Shown piece after piece: positions 50,641 through 62,949 of a stretch of 64,000 nt of DNA (within the stretch, counting starts at the first letter, position 1; every line of letters starts with the position of its first letter). Below the pieces are notes generated by a model that was not told the origin of the DNA, searched no databases, and saw only the letters and a list, made by a program, of their open reading frames with translations. Location of the stretch: contig NC_042997.1 in NCBI RefSeq assembly GCF_006345805.1, positions 175,336,001 to 175,400,000 on the forward strand, written 5' to 3'. The position numbers were made by a program, and so were the translations under genes. The DNA is from Octopus sinensis (lineage: Eukaryota).

Positions 50641-51117
50641 CTTATAGTAGTGTGGGAGCATTCCATTTTCTCTGCCAGTTCCCTGTCGTTTGACAAGAAT
50701 TTTCGTGCAAAAGTTGGTTTAATCGCTCTTCATTGAACTCAACTGGACGTTCAGAACAAGGTGCAACTTTGAGGTCAAAATTTCCATTTTTGAACTTGGC
50801 ATACCAATCACAAGTGGTTTTTTCAGCTATGGCACCCTCTCCATACACAGCTTAAATGTCACGAGCAGCTTTTGCAGCCTTAGAACCTTGATTAAAAGTA
50901 AAAAGAGGTGTCAAAAATGCTCGTTTTTCTTAACTTGACATTCCATTTTAATGATCTGAAAATAAACAAAGATTAACTAGAAAAAAAAAAAAAAAAAAAA
51001 GATTCCAAAATGATTCAAAAATAGAATTCTCAAAAAAAAAAAAAAGATTCTAAAATTTAAAAATGCAATAAATTCCAAAATTTAAAAAAAACCGCAGGAA
51101 CTTAGTCGCCAACCCAA
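50641..51117 (-). mobile_element. Mariner element left end with dead transposase N-terminus
   Basis: TA + TIR TTGGGTTGGCGACTAAGTTCCTGCGG (51117-51092, mellifera-like). ATG at 50946 gives MECQVKKNEHF*...AARDI*AVYGEGAIAEKTTCDWYAKFKNGNFDLK...RPVEFNEERLNQLLHEN (HTH region), with stops and frameshifts; truncated. Confidence 0.9.
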
Positions 51118-51604
51118 TAAATGCTTGCAATTGAGTGAACTTTACTAAAGATACCTATGAGCTAGGATATGGTGTTAAGCCAAGTGGCACAATATATGTA
51201 TCCCCATCCTAAAAAAGGGGAGGCTATATTCCATACACAACAGAACTACATTTACCAAATAATGACCCGGAGTCAGATGTATGTGTGTGTGTAAATGTCA
51301 CACAATTTTGCCTTTCCTGCTCTTTAAATTTGATGCTTTGTGTGGCTGTGTGAAAATTCAACAAACAGCCATTATAAGAGCAACTACATAATACTGTTTC
51401 CTTGTTTGTTGTCCTTTACTTTCTCTGTAAAGAAAGCTATGTTTGGTTGTTGGGTACTAAACCCAAGAAAGTCTTTACTATTATTTAGCTTCAGTTCAGC
51501 CTTCATCAAGCAGACTGTGTGATCAAAGACATTCTGATTGTGAATATCCTATATTCTTAAGAGTGTGAGAAGGATACATTATCATTTTTTCTTTTATTTT
51601 TTAA

Positions 51605-51824
51605 CCCTTTCGTTACCAACCCGGCTGAAACTGGCTCTGGCTCTGAGTACAAATGTCTTGTTTTCATAAGTTTTGAATTAAAATTTTCCACCAAACCTTA
51701 GTCACACTTTATGTTCCTAACACTAGCTGAATGATAACTAAGTTAGTTTATTAAATTCTTTGTTATATTTAAAGTAATTGAAAGAAACACAGAGCATCTC
51801 AAAATAAATACAGTAACAGAAGGG
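51605..51824 (+). mobile_element. piggyBac-type MITE family A (220 bp, TTAA TSD)
   Basis: TTAA-CCCTTTCGTTAC...GTAACAGAAGGG-TTAA. Confidence 0.85.
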
Positions 51825-52928
51825 TTAAATATCATATTGTGTAATCAAAGAAAATTTGGCTGTTACTTTTAGTATAACAAACAACCAAGCAGTGTCCACT
51901 CCCCACTACACACACACACATTGGCTTCTGTAATGTTACATGATGTAGTATCCTTTCTTTATAAAGCAACAACAATGAAAAATACTGATTTAACTCATTG
52001 TCATTTATTAACTATTATTACTGCTAACATTAACATCAACACCACTTACTCAAATTACTAAAGCTACATCAGCTAATGACATTCTGGATATTGACTGATG
52101 TATAAGCAATAGTTAAGTTAGCTTGTTAATAATCCCAGTATTAAATGTTAACACTAAGTCTGGCTCTAGAGAGTATGTGTTGTTATAATTTCTGTATCTT
52201 AAATGTATCTGCAGCTTGACATCAGTTTCCAGTTGGAACTATTTCAATTGCGTTTTGAATACACTTGTGGATACTGGATTACTGTAATAAAATGTTTGTA
52301 TGGATGGTTTGATTGCTTGTTCAAATCCACTTCAAGCATTTCAGGATTCTCCTTCTTCTTTTTTTCTTTTTTTACCTTTTTTTTAAATTTCTGGACTGAA
52401 CATTTTATTCTACATTGCTCTCTTCACTTAGCTGTTGAGAATTTTGTCTGAGATAAACTGGCATCCTATCCCAAAGCAGGGTTTATTTTCTGAGCCTTTG
52501 CTAGAAATAACAAGCAAATTCTTTTAGATCATACCCTATAGATTTAAAGAAATATTGGACATGTTAGGCAATCTTGTCTTAGATTGAAATATTGGATGGT
52601 TGAGGCAGGTATTCCTTTGTTCATAGACTATCCCTATCAGGACTCAGCTGGGGGTTAAACAGCAAGAACCATCTCTTATTTACTTAAAGGCATGAGATCA
52701 GAGCTTGGTACTGGCCCTTAAAAGCTCCTTCTAGCATAGGAAAGATTTGCATTTCTTGAGATAGATGTGAATGTTACTCCCCACTGCAGGATGGAACCTA
52801 AGAAGTTAAAGAGTTTTGAAACTTTGCTATGGAAATAAAGTCTCTGTTTGAGTCTTGCATATGCACATGTATTTTTGCGTGATATTTATGTATATATGTA
52901 TGCATGCATGTATCCTCATTATCATTCC

Positions 52929-53230
52929 GGAGGCACATGGCCTAGTGGTTAGAGCAGCAGACTTGCGGTCGAGGGATCGCGGGTTCGAATCTCAGACCGG
53001 GCGATGTGTGTGTTTATGAGCGAAACACCTAAGCTCCATTCAGCTTTGGCAGAAGGTAATGGCGAACTTTTGCTGACTCTTTCACCACAACTTTCTCTCA
53101 CTCTTTCCTCCTGCATCTTGCAGCTCACCTGTGACGGACTGGCATCCTGTCCAGGTGGGGAACCTATACGCCAAGGAAACCAGGAAGCCAGCCCTTATGA
53201 GCCAGGCATGGCTTGAGAAGGAACAAACAT
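52929..53230 (+). mobile_element. SINE S3 variant with V-domain-like 3' module
   Basis: S3 head and body, then CCTGTGACGGACTGGCATCCTGTCCAGGTG, which resembles the V-SINE motif. The same module appears at ~5055-5150. Confidence 0.75.
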
Positions 53231-54023
53231 TATCATTCTACATTCATTTTTCATGCTACCAGGGGCTGAACAAGTTTGCTCTAGCACAGCTTGCCCCTTG
53301 TCAGCTCCTTCATGTGGTTCAGCATTCTGAAATGAGAATTCACTACTTTTTACCACTTCCTCAGTTTTACTTTTTCACACATTCTTTGCTGATAAATTGC
53401 TTCACATTGTGTGTGTGTGTGTGTTGCTTCAATAAAAGAGAAGTGTCCACAAAATTGGCAGGACTTACCTCCAAGATTGATAGGAAAAAAGGAAAATAGA
53501 ACTCATGGGTTGCTGTCAAACTGCTTCAAACTCTATAAGTAACTCAACTGGAAGTTAAAAGCCAAAAGTGGACCTACCAGCAAAGCATGCAGCCTTATCA
53601 CATGGCCTTATTTATAACCTCTGCCATCTCTTCTAGCAAATCACTCATTGAGATTCACTTTCATGTGTACCCGTAACTAAAAGTGGTATTTATAACAAGC
53701 ACATGGAGTCAAGACAAGGGCACATGAACATGTACATATGTACTTATATGCATATGTAAGTAAATGCATGTGTGTGTGTGTGTATACACACCATGAGCTT
53801 CTTTCAGGTTCTGTCTACAAATCCAATCATAAGGCTTTGGTCAACCCCAGGGCTATTGTAGAAGAAACCTGCTCAAGATGCTGCACAGTAGAACTGAACT
53901 TTAGGCCACATGATTGGGAAGCAAGTTTTTTAACCACACAGCCATACCTTTGGGAGGTGATGAGGTATCAGTCCAGCGTGGTCAATTAGCTGAATTGTTA
54001 GTAGTGTCAGACAAGATACTTTC

Positions 54024-54250
54024 ATCATCATCATCATCATCACTTAGCATCCACTGGTTCAACTGGGGTCTGGGAAGCCAGAAGGCTGCACCAGGCCCAG
54101 TCTGATCTGGCAATGCTGGATGCCCTTCCTAACGCCAACCACTCCGTGAGTGTAGTGGGTGCTATTTACGTGCCACCGGCACAGGTGCCAGGCGAGGCTG
54201 GCAAGCGGCCACGATCGGATGGTGCTTTTTACATGCCACCGGCACGAGAT
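54024..54250 (-). mobile_element. Short RTE 3'UTR-derived repeat
   Basis: (CAT)n tail and GGATGCCCTTCCTAACGCCAACCACTCC box. Confidence 0.65.
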
Positions 54251-54625
54251 CCAATTATACCTATCACCAGCCTTACATTCTGTACTTCAGGAACTATCTA
54301 ACAATGATTGCCTTCAGTATCAGAAAGAGCAGTGCATAGATAGGAAAATTTCGCTTTCATCAATAAAAATGAGTCAGTGCACCAAACAAAATACTGCAAT
54401 GCTAGCTTGTTATCTTCCTATACCTTCTCATTCAGCATCATCGTCATCATGATGATGATGATGATTATTATTAATGCTAAAAATCATCACAACAGCAATC
54501 GCAGTGGTATCAACAATCACTTGACATGCTAGAAAACAGTAGTCAAGTCAAACTGTTTTAAACAAGGAGGGACACATTGGATAATGTAGTAGTAGCTAGA
54601 AACCCTTAAAAAGCGATCACAGGAC

Positions 54626-54846
54626 TGGCAGAAACGTTAGCATGCCGGGCGAAATGCGTAGCGTATTTCGTCTGTCGTTAGGTTGTGAGTTCAAATTCCG
54701 CCGAGGACGACTTTGCCTTTCATCCTTTCGGGGTCGATAAATTAAGTACCAGTTACGCACTGGGGTCGATGTAATCGACTTAATACCTATGTCTGTCCTT
54801 GTTTGTCCCCTCTGTGTTTAGCCCCTTGTGGGTAATAAAGAAATAG
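54626..54846 (+). mobile_element. SINE S2
   Basis: Near full-length copy ending AATAAAGAAATA. Confidence 0.85.
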
Positions 54847-54884
54847 GTACCTGAGGTTAATCAAACACTACTACACCATGGTGA

Positions 54885-55130
54885 CACCACCACCACTACT
54901 ACTACTGACTCCACAATTATGATTGTTACAGCTACCACTACTCTCACTATCACCACCACCACCACCACTACTACTACTATTACTACTGCCGCCCCCACCA
55001 CCATAGCATTAGCACAAGTGTTATTACCACTATCTTTTTTTACTACTGTTACAACTACTACTACTTTCACCACCTGCACTACCACCACCCACACTGCCAA
55101 AACAACCACTACCACCACCACCACCACCAC
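54885..55130. repeat. Compound (ACC/ACT)n low-complexity tract
   Basis: Degenerate trinucleotide repeat; source of the poly-T/poly-V ORFs. Confidence 0.9.
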
Positions 55131-56639
55131 TTGAATCAGTCTGTGTTGACTGATAATCCACCAGTTAGCAAGCTAGTAGGTGTTACTACCCCCAGCAGTG
55201 TGTGTGTATGTGTATGGTTTTCATTGTAAACACAGACACACATACACAGCATACACACACACATACACACACACACAGAGAGCTTACACCAGTATCCCAA
55301 CAGGCAGCATGCAGTATTAAGAAGCTGTTAGTATGATGAATAGTTAAGTTTTGATGCTGCTTTCATAAAGCCAGACTTTCATTCTTGCTCTATGACAGTT
55401 CTAATGTCAGGATTTTACCATTTCTGATGGCGGAGTCTAATACAAGTTCATTATTTGGAACAGGGCAAGTACTACAGGAAATTGATTCCATTCAGTTAAT
55501 AACCTTCATTCAGTTTCTTCACCCACTGCTATCCTTGCTCTATCCCAACTACTTATTACATAGCACAAATCAGCTACTTATTACATACACAAGGGAACCT
55601 GGCTCTGTGATGTGGTTCTTCAATTCACACATCCTACTGTTTTAAATAAGAAAAAAACACTTTGAGTAATTTAGTTCCACGTATCCTTAAAAAAGAGGGT
55701 GTTTCCCCCTTTTTTAAGGCCACAGTATGAGCAGGGCTGTTTTAGGCTAAACTAGGCTAAACAACAACTAACATATGTACTCCAGCTGATAGTTATGACC
55801 GCTGTGGTTGTGTTTGATGAGGTTCTATGTTGATCATTGCTTATATTTAGCCCTGGGTCAGTCATAATGGAGCAGACCTATAGTCAAAAGCATTCCAACT
55901 ATAATCATCATATCTTTTTATACATATCTGAGACTATGCTGCACTATCTAACAAGTGTATACATTTTTTTTAAGCATTTAGGATTTTATAAGTGAGTGAT
56001 TCAGCTGATATTTCTAACAGGCTGGGTAAGTTGGCTGTTGTTGTTTAGTTCTAATTCAACTCTGACCAAGTAGACCTATATGATTGAAGATATTCCTCCC
56101 ATGGCCATCCCACTTTTTTTTTTCTATGTACAAAGAATCCAGAACCACATCTTATGTATCCAATCTAATCAATATGAAAGGTTATAAATCAAGGGAAATT
56201 TGGTTGCTATTTCCAGCAGCATGAGAGCAGGCACTGTTGTTGTGTTGTTGTTGGTGGCGGTGGTGGTAGCTGTTAATGTGTATTTTGGGTGGTCTTAATG
56301 GTGAAGTTGTATTGGTGGTTGTTGAGTGGTGGCTGTGCTTATGGTATGTTTATGTTGATGGTGAATGGTTGTAGTGGTAATAATGTGCCAGTGATGTGTG
56401 TAATAGTGCTAATAGCATTGTTACTGTTTAATCCTAAGCCAGCCATGACCATCCTGTCTGTTTTTCTTTTTTCCTTTTTTGCCTTATTTTCAGATACATG
56501 TTATATAGGCCTGCCTTATCCAATATGATCACTTTTAAAATAGTAGAATATGATTTGAAGGAGATTTAGCTGCTACTTGTTGCTGATCAAAACAACCACA
56601 TAGAAGACTCCTTCATTGGCTCAATGTTCACCATATGTG

Positions 56640-56894
56640 GTGGTGGTGGTGGCAGTGGTGGTGATGGTAGTACAAATGATGTTGTCTAAGATGATAGCAA
56701 TGCTGTTATGATATTGATGGTGGTAGTATTGATAGTATGTTAATGGTACTGGTAGCATTATTTGTGTATATATGTTGCTAATGTTGATGGTGATGTGATG
56801 CTAATGATGATAGTATGAACGTGATAATGATAGTAAAGGTGCAGTTGCAATTACAGTGGTAAGGGTAATGGTGGTATTTGTTGTTGTTGTTGTT

Positions 56895-56930
<36 letters not shown>

Positions 56931-57060
56931 TAGTTGTTTGTGGATAGCAACACAAAATTGTGTAATGTTGTTTGTGGATAGCAACACAAAATTGTGTAAT
57001 GTTGTTTGTGGTGTTGGTGGTGGTAGTGTTGGTTACGTTACTACAGGCTGTGGTGGTTGT
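56640..57060. repeat. Compound (GGT/GTA/GTT)n tract containing a 34-bp tandem duplication (56933-57011)
   Basis: GTTGTTTGTGG starts at 56933, 56967 and 57001. Confidence 0.9.
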
Positions 57061-57288
57061 AGTGATATGTGTGTGTAGTATTGCAAATGTACATATGCCA
57101 GCATGGTATGCTAGAAGTAGGAGTAACCACCCCAACATGTGGGGATGACTCAGTTTTACTGACATAGGCAGTCTTTGTTGATTGAAGTATACGGTAGGAA
57201 TGAAGGTATTTATGTGGGTGCACATATGTAACTAATAATCTGTTCTATCTATATATATCTTCAGTGTGTGTGTTTCTGTGTGTATATG

Positions 57289-57348
<60 letters not shown>

Positions 57349-58323
57349 TGTCTATTTATATATGGTGGCTGTGTCTACAGATGGTTATATAGGTGGTATA
57401 TATATGTGTGGAGGATATATGAAACATATATGAGTTTGTGTATATTTACAAATGTGCGTGTGTATATATATATATATGTGTGTGTATTTATATATGCATA
57501 CATACATACACGGAGTGGTCTAAAAGTCATGAAATATAAAAATGCAGTTGGTGCAACAGTTGAAGCCATCACATGCGCAAAGTTCGCAATATGCAATCAG
57601 AGGAGCTCCCAAGGATAACCAGTCTTAAACTCCTTTGTTATGACCTGGAAGGCTATGATAAATAAGAGGAGACTGTAAACTGAGCCCTGGTTAACTCCTA
57701 CATGCATATTCATTGTTCTACTCATTGCTAACTCTCACCTTACTGGACAAAACAATTTGTGCTCAGACCATACCAGCTACCTAAAATCCAACATTGAATG
57801 AATAGATATACAGTCTGGGCAAATAAGAATTGGCTGTAGGAAATATATCGGTCAACCTAATGCAAATATGATAAAATAAAAGACTGACTGGCAATAGCAA
57901 CAAATTATTAATAAAATGTATACAGAAGTAAGTATAAAAATTATATAAATCAAGTAGAAAACTAGAAAATCAGGAGAGCAAAATTTCATAGTAATTCTTC
58001 ATAGATATTTATCTATCCAGAAAATTCATATGCTAGCATCATAGGTAAAAGAGAAGAGAATATGCATAGAGCTTTGCAGGAGTTTATCTTGGATAGGTGG
58101 GTAAAAATCCTGGGAGTTACTACACAAGCCTCACAAGTAGTAGAGTGAAGAATGCAGGTAATCCTTTACAGCTGTTTCTGGGGTTTGGTGTTCAGTGGAT
58201 GCAGTAATGTGCATTGTGCATGTATACATGAAGTAGATTGATGTTAGTGAATGTGTATATATATATATATATGAATTAACACCAGTTTAAATTATATGAA
58301 TAGTTCACCCCATCTTCTGATTA

Positions 58324-58644
58324 TGCATTTCCAGCCACTGCTAACTAGGTCACTTAGGTAACATAAGCTATCAAAGGCTCTGAAGGGACCTTCTGACCGT
58401 TTGACAAAAATCATTTTTCTAATACTCTCACTGCTAATTACTCATGTACATCTGCTATGCACACCTGTCAGTCTGCCTGTGATCCTACTACACCTCTTAT
58501 GCATCCATAGTTTACATTAAGTACACTCTGGAATTCCTGCATTTTCTGCATGTTGAGCCTAGTCACTTTTCAAATGGTAATACACTTCTGATTCTTCTTT
58601 CTTCTTAAACTTTTGTCTTAATGAGGTTCTAAATTTTGCTTCCA
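58324..58644 (-). pseudogene. Decayed RTE RT segment with Cys-rich insertion
   Basis: WKQNLE...KTKV...CRK..RNS..CT*CKLWMHKRCSRITGRLT...RC...DSLCYLSDLVSSG, pieced together across frameshifts. Confidence 0.65.
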
Positions 58645-58710
58645 TATTTGCAATCTCTTTCATTCATACACACACAACACACATTGGAAAAGTCATTCTG
58701 CCATTAGAAA

Positions 58711-59096
58711 ACTGGCATAAACGTTAGCACACCAGGCGAAAAGCTTAGCAGTATTTCGTCTGCTGTTACGTTCTGAGTTCAAATTCCGCCAAGGTCGACT
58801 TTGCCCTTCATCCTTTTGCAGTCGATTAAATAAGTACCAGTTACGCACTGGGGTTGATATAATCGACTTAATCCATTTGTCCCCTCTGTGTGTAGCCCCT
58901 TGTGGGCAGTAAAGAAATTGGTATTTCGTCTGCCGTTACATTCTGAGTTCAAATTCCGCCAAGGTCGACTTTGCCCTTCATCCTTTTGGGGTTGATTGAA
59001 TAAGTACCATTCCCTCACTGGGGTCGACTTAATTCCTTTGTCTGTCCTTGTTTGTCCCCTCTGTGTGTAGCCCCTTGTGGGCAGTAAAGAAATAGG
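58711..59096 (+). mobile_element. SINE S2 tandem dimer
   Basis: Units ~58711-58918 and ~58921-59096; the second is 5'-truncated. Confidence 0.8.
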
Positions 59097-59162
59097 AAGG
59101 ATACTAGTTAATAGTTTATGCTGATCTGTCAAAAGCAATGAGTTTCTTGGTAATAAATATAC

Positions 59163-59381
59163 AAGGATGGGTGTACTAAAAAGTACTTGGCTTTAAGGGT
59201 ATTGCGAAAGGCCTGGTTTGAGGCTCAATCTTCAGAGTTCTTTTCTCAGGGATTAAAAAACTGAAAGATGGCTGCAGTAAGTGTGTGAATCTGAAAGGAG
59301 AATATGTTGAATAAAATCAGAATTAACTGATCCTCTTGTATTTTCTTTTACACAAAGCCAGGAACTTTTCAGCAACCCCTC
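59163..59381 (-). mobile_element. Mariner-type MITE
   Basis: Reverse-complement copy of 9322-9537, ending AAAGCCAGGAACTTTTCAGCAACCCCTCA. Confidence 0.7.
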
Positions 59382-59840
59382 ACATATAAAAAAGAGTAGT
59401 AGCAAAGTTGAATTCAGAGCCTCAAGCAGCATATCATCATCATTTAACATCCTTCTTCCATGCTAGCATGAGTCGTACTGATCCAAACTGTCTAACAGCT
59501 AACAGGATCCAACAACCCAGAGGGCTTGTGTTGAGCTCTAACATCAACCACTTTACAGAATGTGAGTGTCCAGAGTGTTTTTTTCATGACACCGGCACTA
59601 GTGAAGTCACCAAGTAATGGTGGTGGTGATGGGGGAGACAAGAGCAAACACACCCCTCAATTAAAGAGAGTTGTAGTAGAGAAAGAGGTAACATTATCCC
59701 AGGTGGTGAGAAGCTAAAGTATGATAAAAGAACAGGTACCAGCTCTCTTGCTGCAAAGATGAAAAGATGAGGTGTCACATAGGAAGATGAATATAAAAGA
59801 GAATGTGTTGTTATGCACACACATACATATATATATATAT

Positions 59841-60232
59841 TAGGAGTGGCTGTGTGGTAAGTAGTTCACTTACCAACCACATGGTTCTGGGTTCAGTCCC
59901 ACTGCATGGCACTTTGGGCAAGTGTCTTCTACTCTAGCCTCGGGCCAACCAAAGCCTTGTGAGTGGATTTGGTAGATGGAAACTGAAAGAAGCCCATCAT
60001 ATATATGTATATGTATATATATACGTGTGTGTGTGTATGTATGTTTGTGTGTCTGTGTTTGTCCCCCAACAAATACTGGTGTGTTTACGTCCCCGTAATT
60101 TAGCAGTTCGGCAAAAGAGACCGATAAAATAAGTACTAGGCTTACAAAGAATGAGTCCTGGGGTCGATTTGCACAACTAAAGGCGGTGCTCCAGCATGGC
60201 TACAGTCAAATGACTGAAACAAGTAAAGGAGT
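59841..60232 (+). mobile_element. SINE S1, full length
   Basis: A/B boxes, body and tail all present. Confidence 0.85.
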
Positions 60233-60241
60233 ATATGTATA

Positions 60242-60297
<56 letters not shown>

Positions 60298-60302
<5 letters not shown>

Positions 60303-60455
60303 AGAGTTTACGTAAAAAACAAAAGACAAAGACAGGTACAAAACAAACAGATGTATTAGTATAACTCTCAGGAATAGAAAAAGTCTTTTACGTTTCGACC
60401 CTACACACTTCTACAGAAAGGGACACAGAAAAAAACAAGGAGAGAAAAAATATTT
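60298..60455 (-). mobile_element. PLE-type terminal fragment in (TA)n; hammerhead-like fold at 60385-60420
   Basis: Same family as 2632-2785; reads CTTT-CTGTAGA-A-...-GAAA-CG-TA-AAAG on the minus strand. Confidence 0.6.
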
Positions 60456-60755
60456 ATATATATATGGGTTGGTTTAGTATAAACAAACACTTGTGACATA
60501 TAACTCATGCTGTCATGTTTATACTTCTGGTTGGGGTGAGGAATGAGGAAGTGAATAAAATCCATAAATAAATCAATTTTGAAAATCTACTTTTGAAACA
60601 ATGTCCTGTTTAGTATCTGCCTTCCTAACACAGTAGTATAACCCCAATATAGCTCTATTAATAAGCATTCAATCAACAATTAACATCATGTAATCAGTAT
60701 TGCTGTGGTGATAACATATGATCAGTATTACTATACTGACTAATATTAAATAATT

Positions 60756-61128
60756 TTGTATACCATATATAAAGTCGAAGTCTCAGCCCTAAATGAACCT
60801 AGAAAGATTTACATAGGTAGTACCATTGACTTTAAAAGTAGATATAGGGTACATATAAACTCGTTCACTAACCATGAAACAAAAAAACTCAACTACACTA
60901 GGAACCTACGTCAATTGAGTAAAAATGAACAAAAAGAATTCAATATGAATTGGTCTATAATAAGAGAAGCCGCACCATATAATACAAACATGAAGAATTG
61001 CAATTCGTGCACGAAGGAGGCGATTCACATAATCCGAGCCAACAAAAATAGTTTACTCAATATCTGATGTTATAATTACCTGTAGACACAAATATATTTC
61101 AATGTTTAAATTTTTCAAAAATAATTAA
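60756..61128 (+). pseudogene. Penelope-like element GIY-YIG endonuclease C-terminus (frameshifted)
   Basis: TIYKVEV...KIYIGST..FKSRY..H..SF...WSII..A.PY....CNSC.KE..I....LLNI, then after a frameshift TCRHKYISMFKFFKNN* (stop 61126-61128). These are PLE GIY-YIG and C-terminal Cys/His motifs. Confidence 0.85.
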
Positions 61129-61321
61129 ACTATAGGATTCTAATTTAGCCTTTCTTCATATTATGGACTCTTCTAAAACTTTATATTATATATATATATC
61201 TATATATATATACATTGTGTTTAAGTTTAATAATTTATGCCCGAAGATAATGGTCCAATCAAACATTTGATTTTAATTTAACCCACCATTTCTTTAAAAA
61301 TTTTAACCTTGTGATTCTATT

Positions 61322-61408
61322 AACTCTGATGAGAGAAATATAGAGTATTGCTATGGTTGGAGTTAGCTCACCCATAGCAACCTATATCTTTTCGAAATGG
61401 TTGTAAGA
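61322..61408 (+). ncRNA. Hammerhead ribozyme motif (type I, extended stem II, partly decayed) in the PLE 3' region
   Basis: CTGATGA at 61326-61332 and GAAA at 61394-61397. G61333-C61393 closes an 11-bp stem plus a perfect TTGCTATGG/CCATAGCAA stem; putative GTA cleavage triplet at 61403-61405. Stems I and III are weak. Confidence 0.65.
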
Positions 61409-62013
61409 CATTATACATAGATTTTATATATGTTCCAGACTCAAAAGGCTTTGGTCAGTCTGGGGCTATAGTAGAAGACACTCATCCAAGGCGCTGTGCT
61501 GTGAGACTGAATCCAAGACTACACAGTTAGGAAACCAGCTTCTTAATTACACAATCATACATTGGTAAAAAAAAGGTGGGGGGGGGCATTGTCTAAAGTG
61601 GCAGTCAGAAAGAAATGAGATGTAGTCACAGTGTCAGTTTAGTTTTAGTTTGAGCTTATTCTCTTTGCTGTTGTTTAACCCTGATTGAGCAAACATGATC
61701 AAGAGATTTCCAATCTGACCAGCTTGTCTTTTTGTTTTCTATCCAGTGTATATCTAGGACTATAACATCCAATGTTTCCTTTTTTAAAGAGTAGTGTGTA
61801 ACTTAAAGGAAACTTAGCCATGATTTACAGTTGGTCAAACAACCATGCAGAGATTTCCTCACCAGCTCATCTTTCAAGCCAGTAAGAAATTTTGGCTGGG
61901 TAACATTATGAAAGCATTCAGATATAGGCAGAGGCTTGTCTGTCAAAATATTTCCATTAGCAATTTTGGAAGAGGTGGAATTACTAGATAAGAGATCTGG
62001 CTGTAAAACAATT

Positions 62014-62424
62014 TATCTTTTACTTGTTTCAGTCATTAGACTGTAGCCATGGTAGGCCACCACCTTGAAGAATTTTTTTAGTCAAATAAATTGACTCCAG
62101 TATTTATTTTTTGGTTAAGCTTGGTGCATATTCTTTTGCCCTTTTTTGCCAATCCGCTAAGTTACGATGACATAAACACACTAACACTGGTTGTTAAGCA
62201 ATAATGGGGGACAAACACAGACACAAAGAAACATAGATATAGATACACAAACACTCTTAACAACAGGCTTCTTTCAGTTTCCATCTACCAAATCCACTCA
62301 CAAGGCTTTGGTTGGTCCAAGGCTATAGTAGAAGACACTTGCCCAATGTGCCACATAGTGGGACTGAACCCAGAACTATGTGCTTGGGAAGCAAGCTTCT
62401 TACCACACAGCCACACCTGCACCT
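62014..62424 (-). mobile_element. SINE S1
   Basis: Reverse-complement, near full-length copy. Confidence 0.8.
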
Positions 62425-62628
62425 ATTTCTCCATTAACCTAAATGAATGCTCAGTTTTTTTAAGAACCATTTGGCACAGTGATTTTCAAATTCACAAATA
62501 CCTGTCCTTATCCATCACCAACCATCATCACCTCCACCCCAAAAATAAAGTTGAATTTTTGCATCCATATATAAATTGTTTCTTTGTGATGACATGGGAC
62601 AAATTTAAAAGCTTAAAAATCATTTTAA

Positions 62629-62906
62629 CCCTTTAGCATTTAATCCAGTCATATCCAGCTTAATATTCTCTTTGTTTTATGTTAAAATTTACCATATCCA
62701 GCCTATCACACCTACCCTACAATGCTATTCTAAAAATATACAAGCATAGGCACAGGAGTGGCTGTGTGGTAAGCCACTTCCCAATCATATGTTCCAGGTT
62801 CAGTTCCACTGCATGGCACTTTGGGCAGATGTCTTCTGCTATAGCCTCAGGACAAACAAAGCCTTGTGAGTGGATTTGATAGACGGAAAATGAAAGAAGC
62901 CCATCG

Positions 62907-62949
<43 letters not shown>

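Noticed and set aside
52929-53000. tRNA gene (also the other A/B-box heads)
   Set aside because: The heads run straight into SINE bodies and do not close an acceptor stem; they are tRNA-derived SINE promoters.
55411-55464. 54-nt frame-preserving cassette exon candidate (AG...GG|GCAAGT) compatible with the phase-2 EVI5 intron
   Set aside because: Weak acceptor, non-canonical GC donor and no similarity to EVI5 sequence; only spliced reads could rescue it.
57514-57600. TACACGGAGTGGTCTAAAAGT as a Tc1/mariner TIR
   Set aside because: No matching second TIR or transposase remnant was found.
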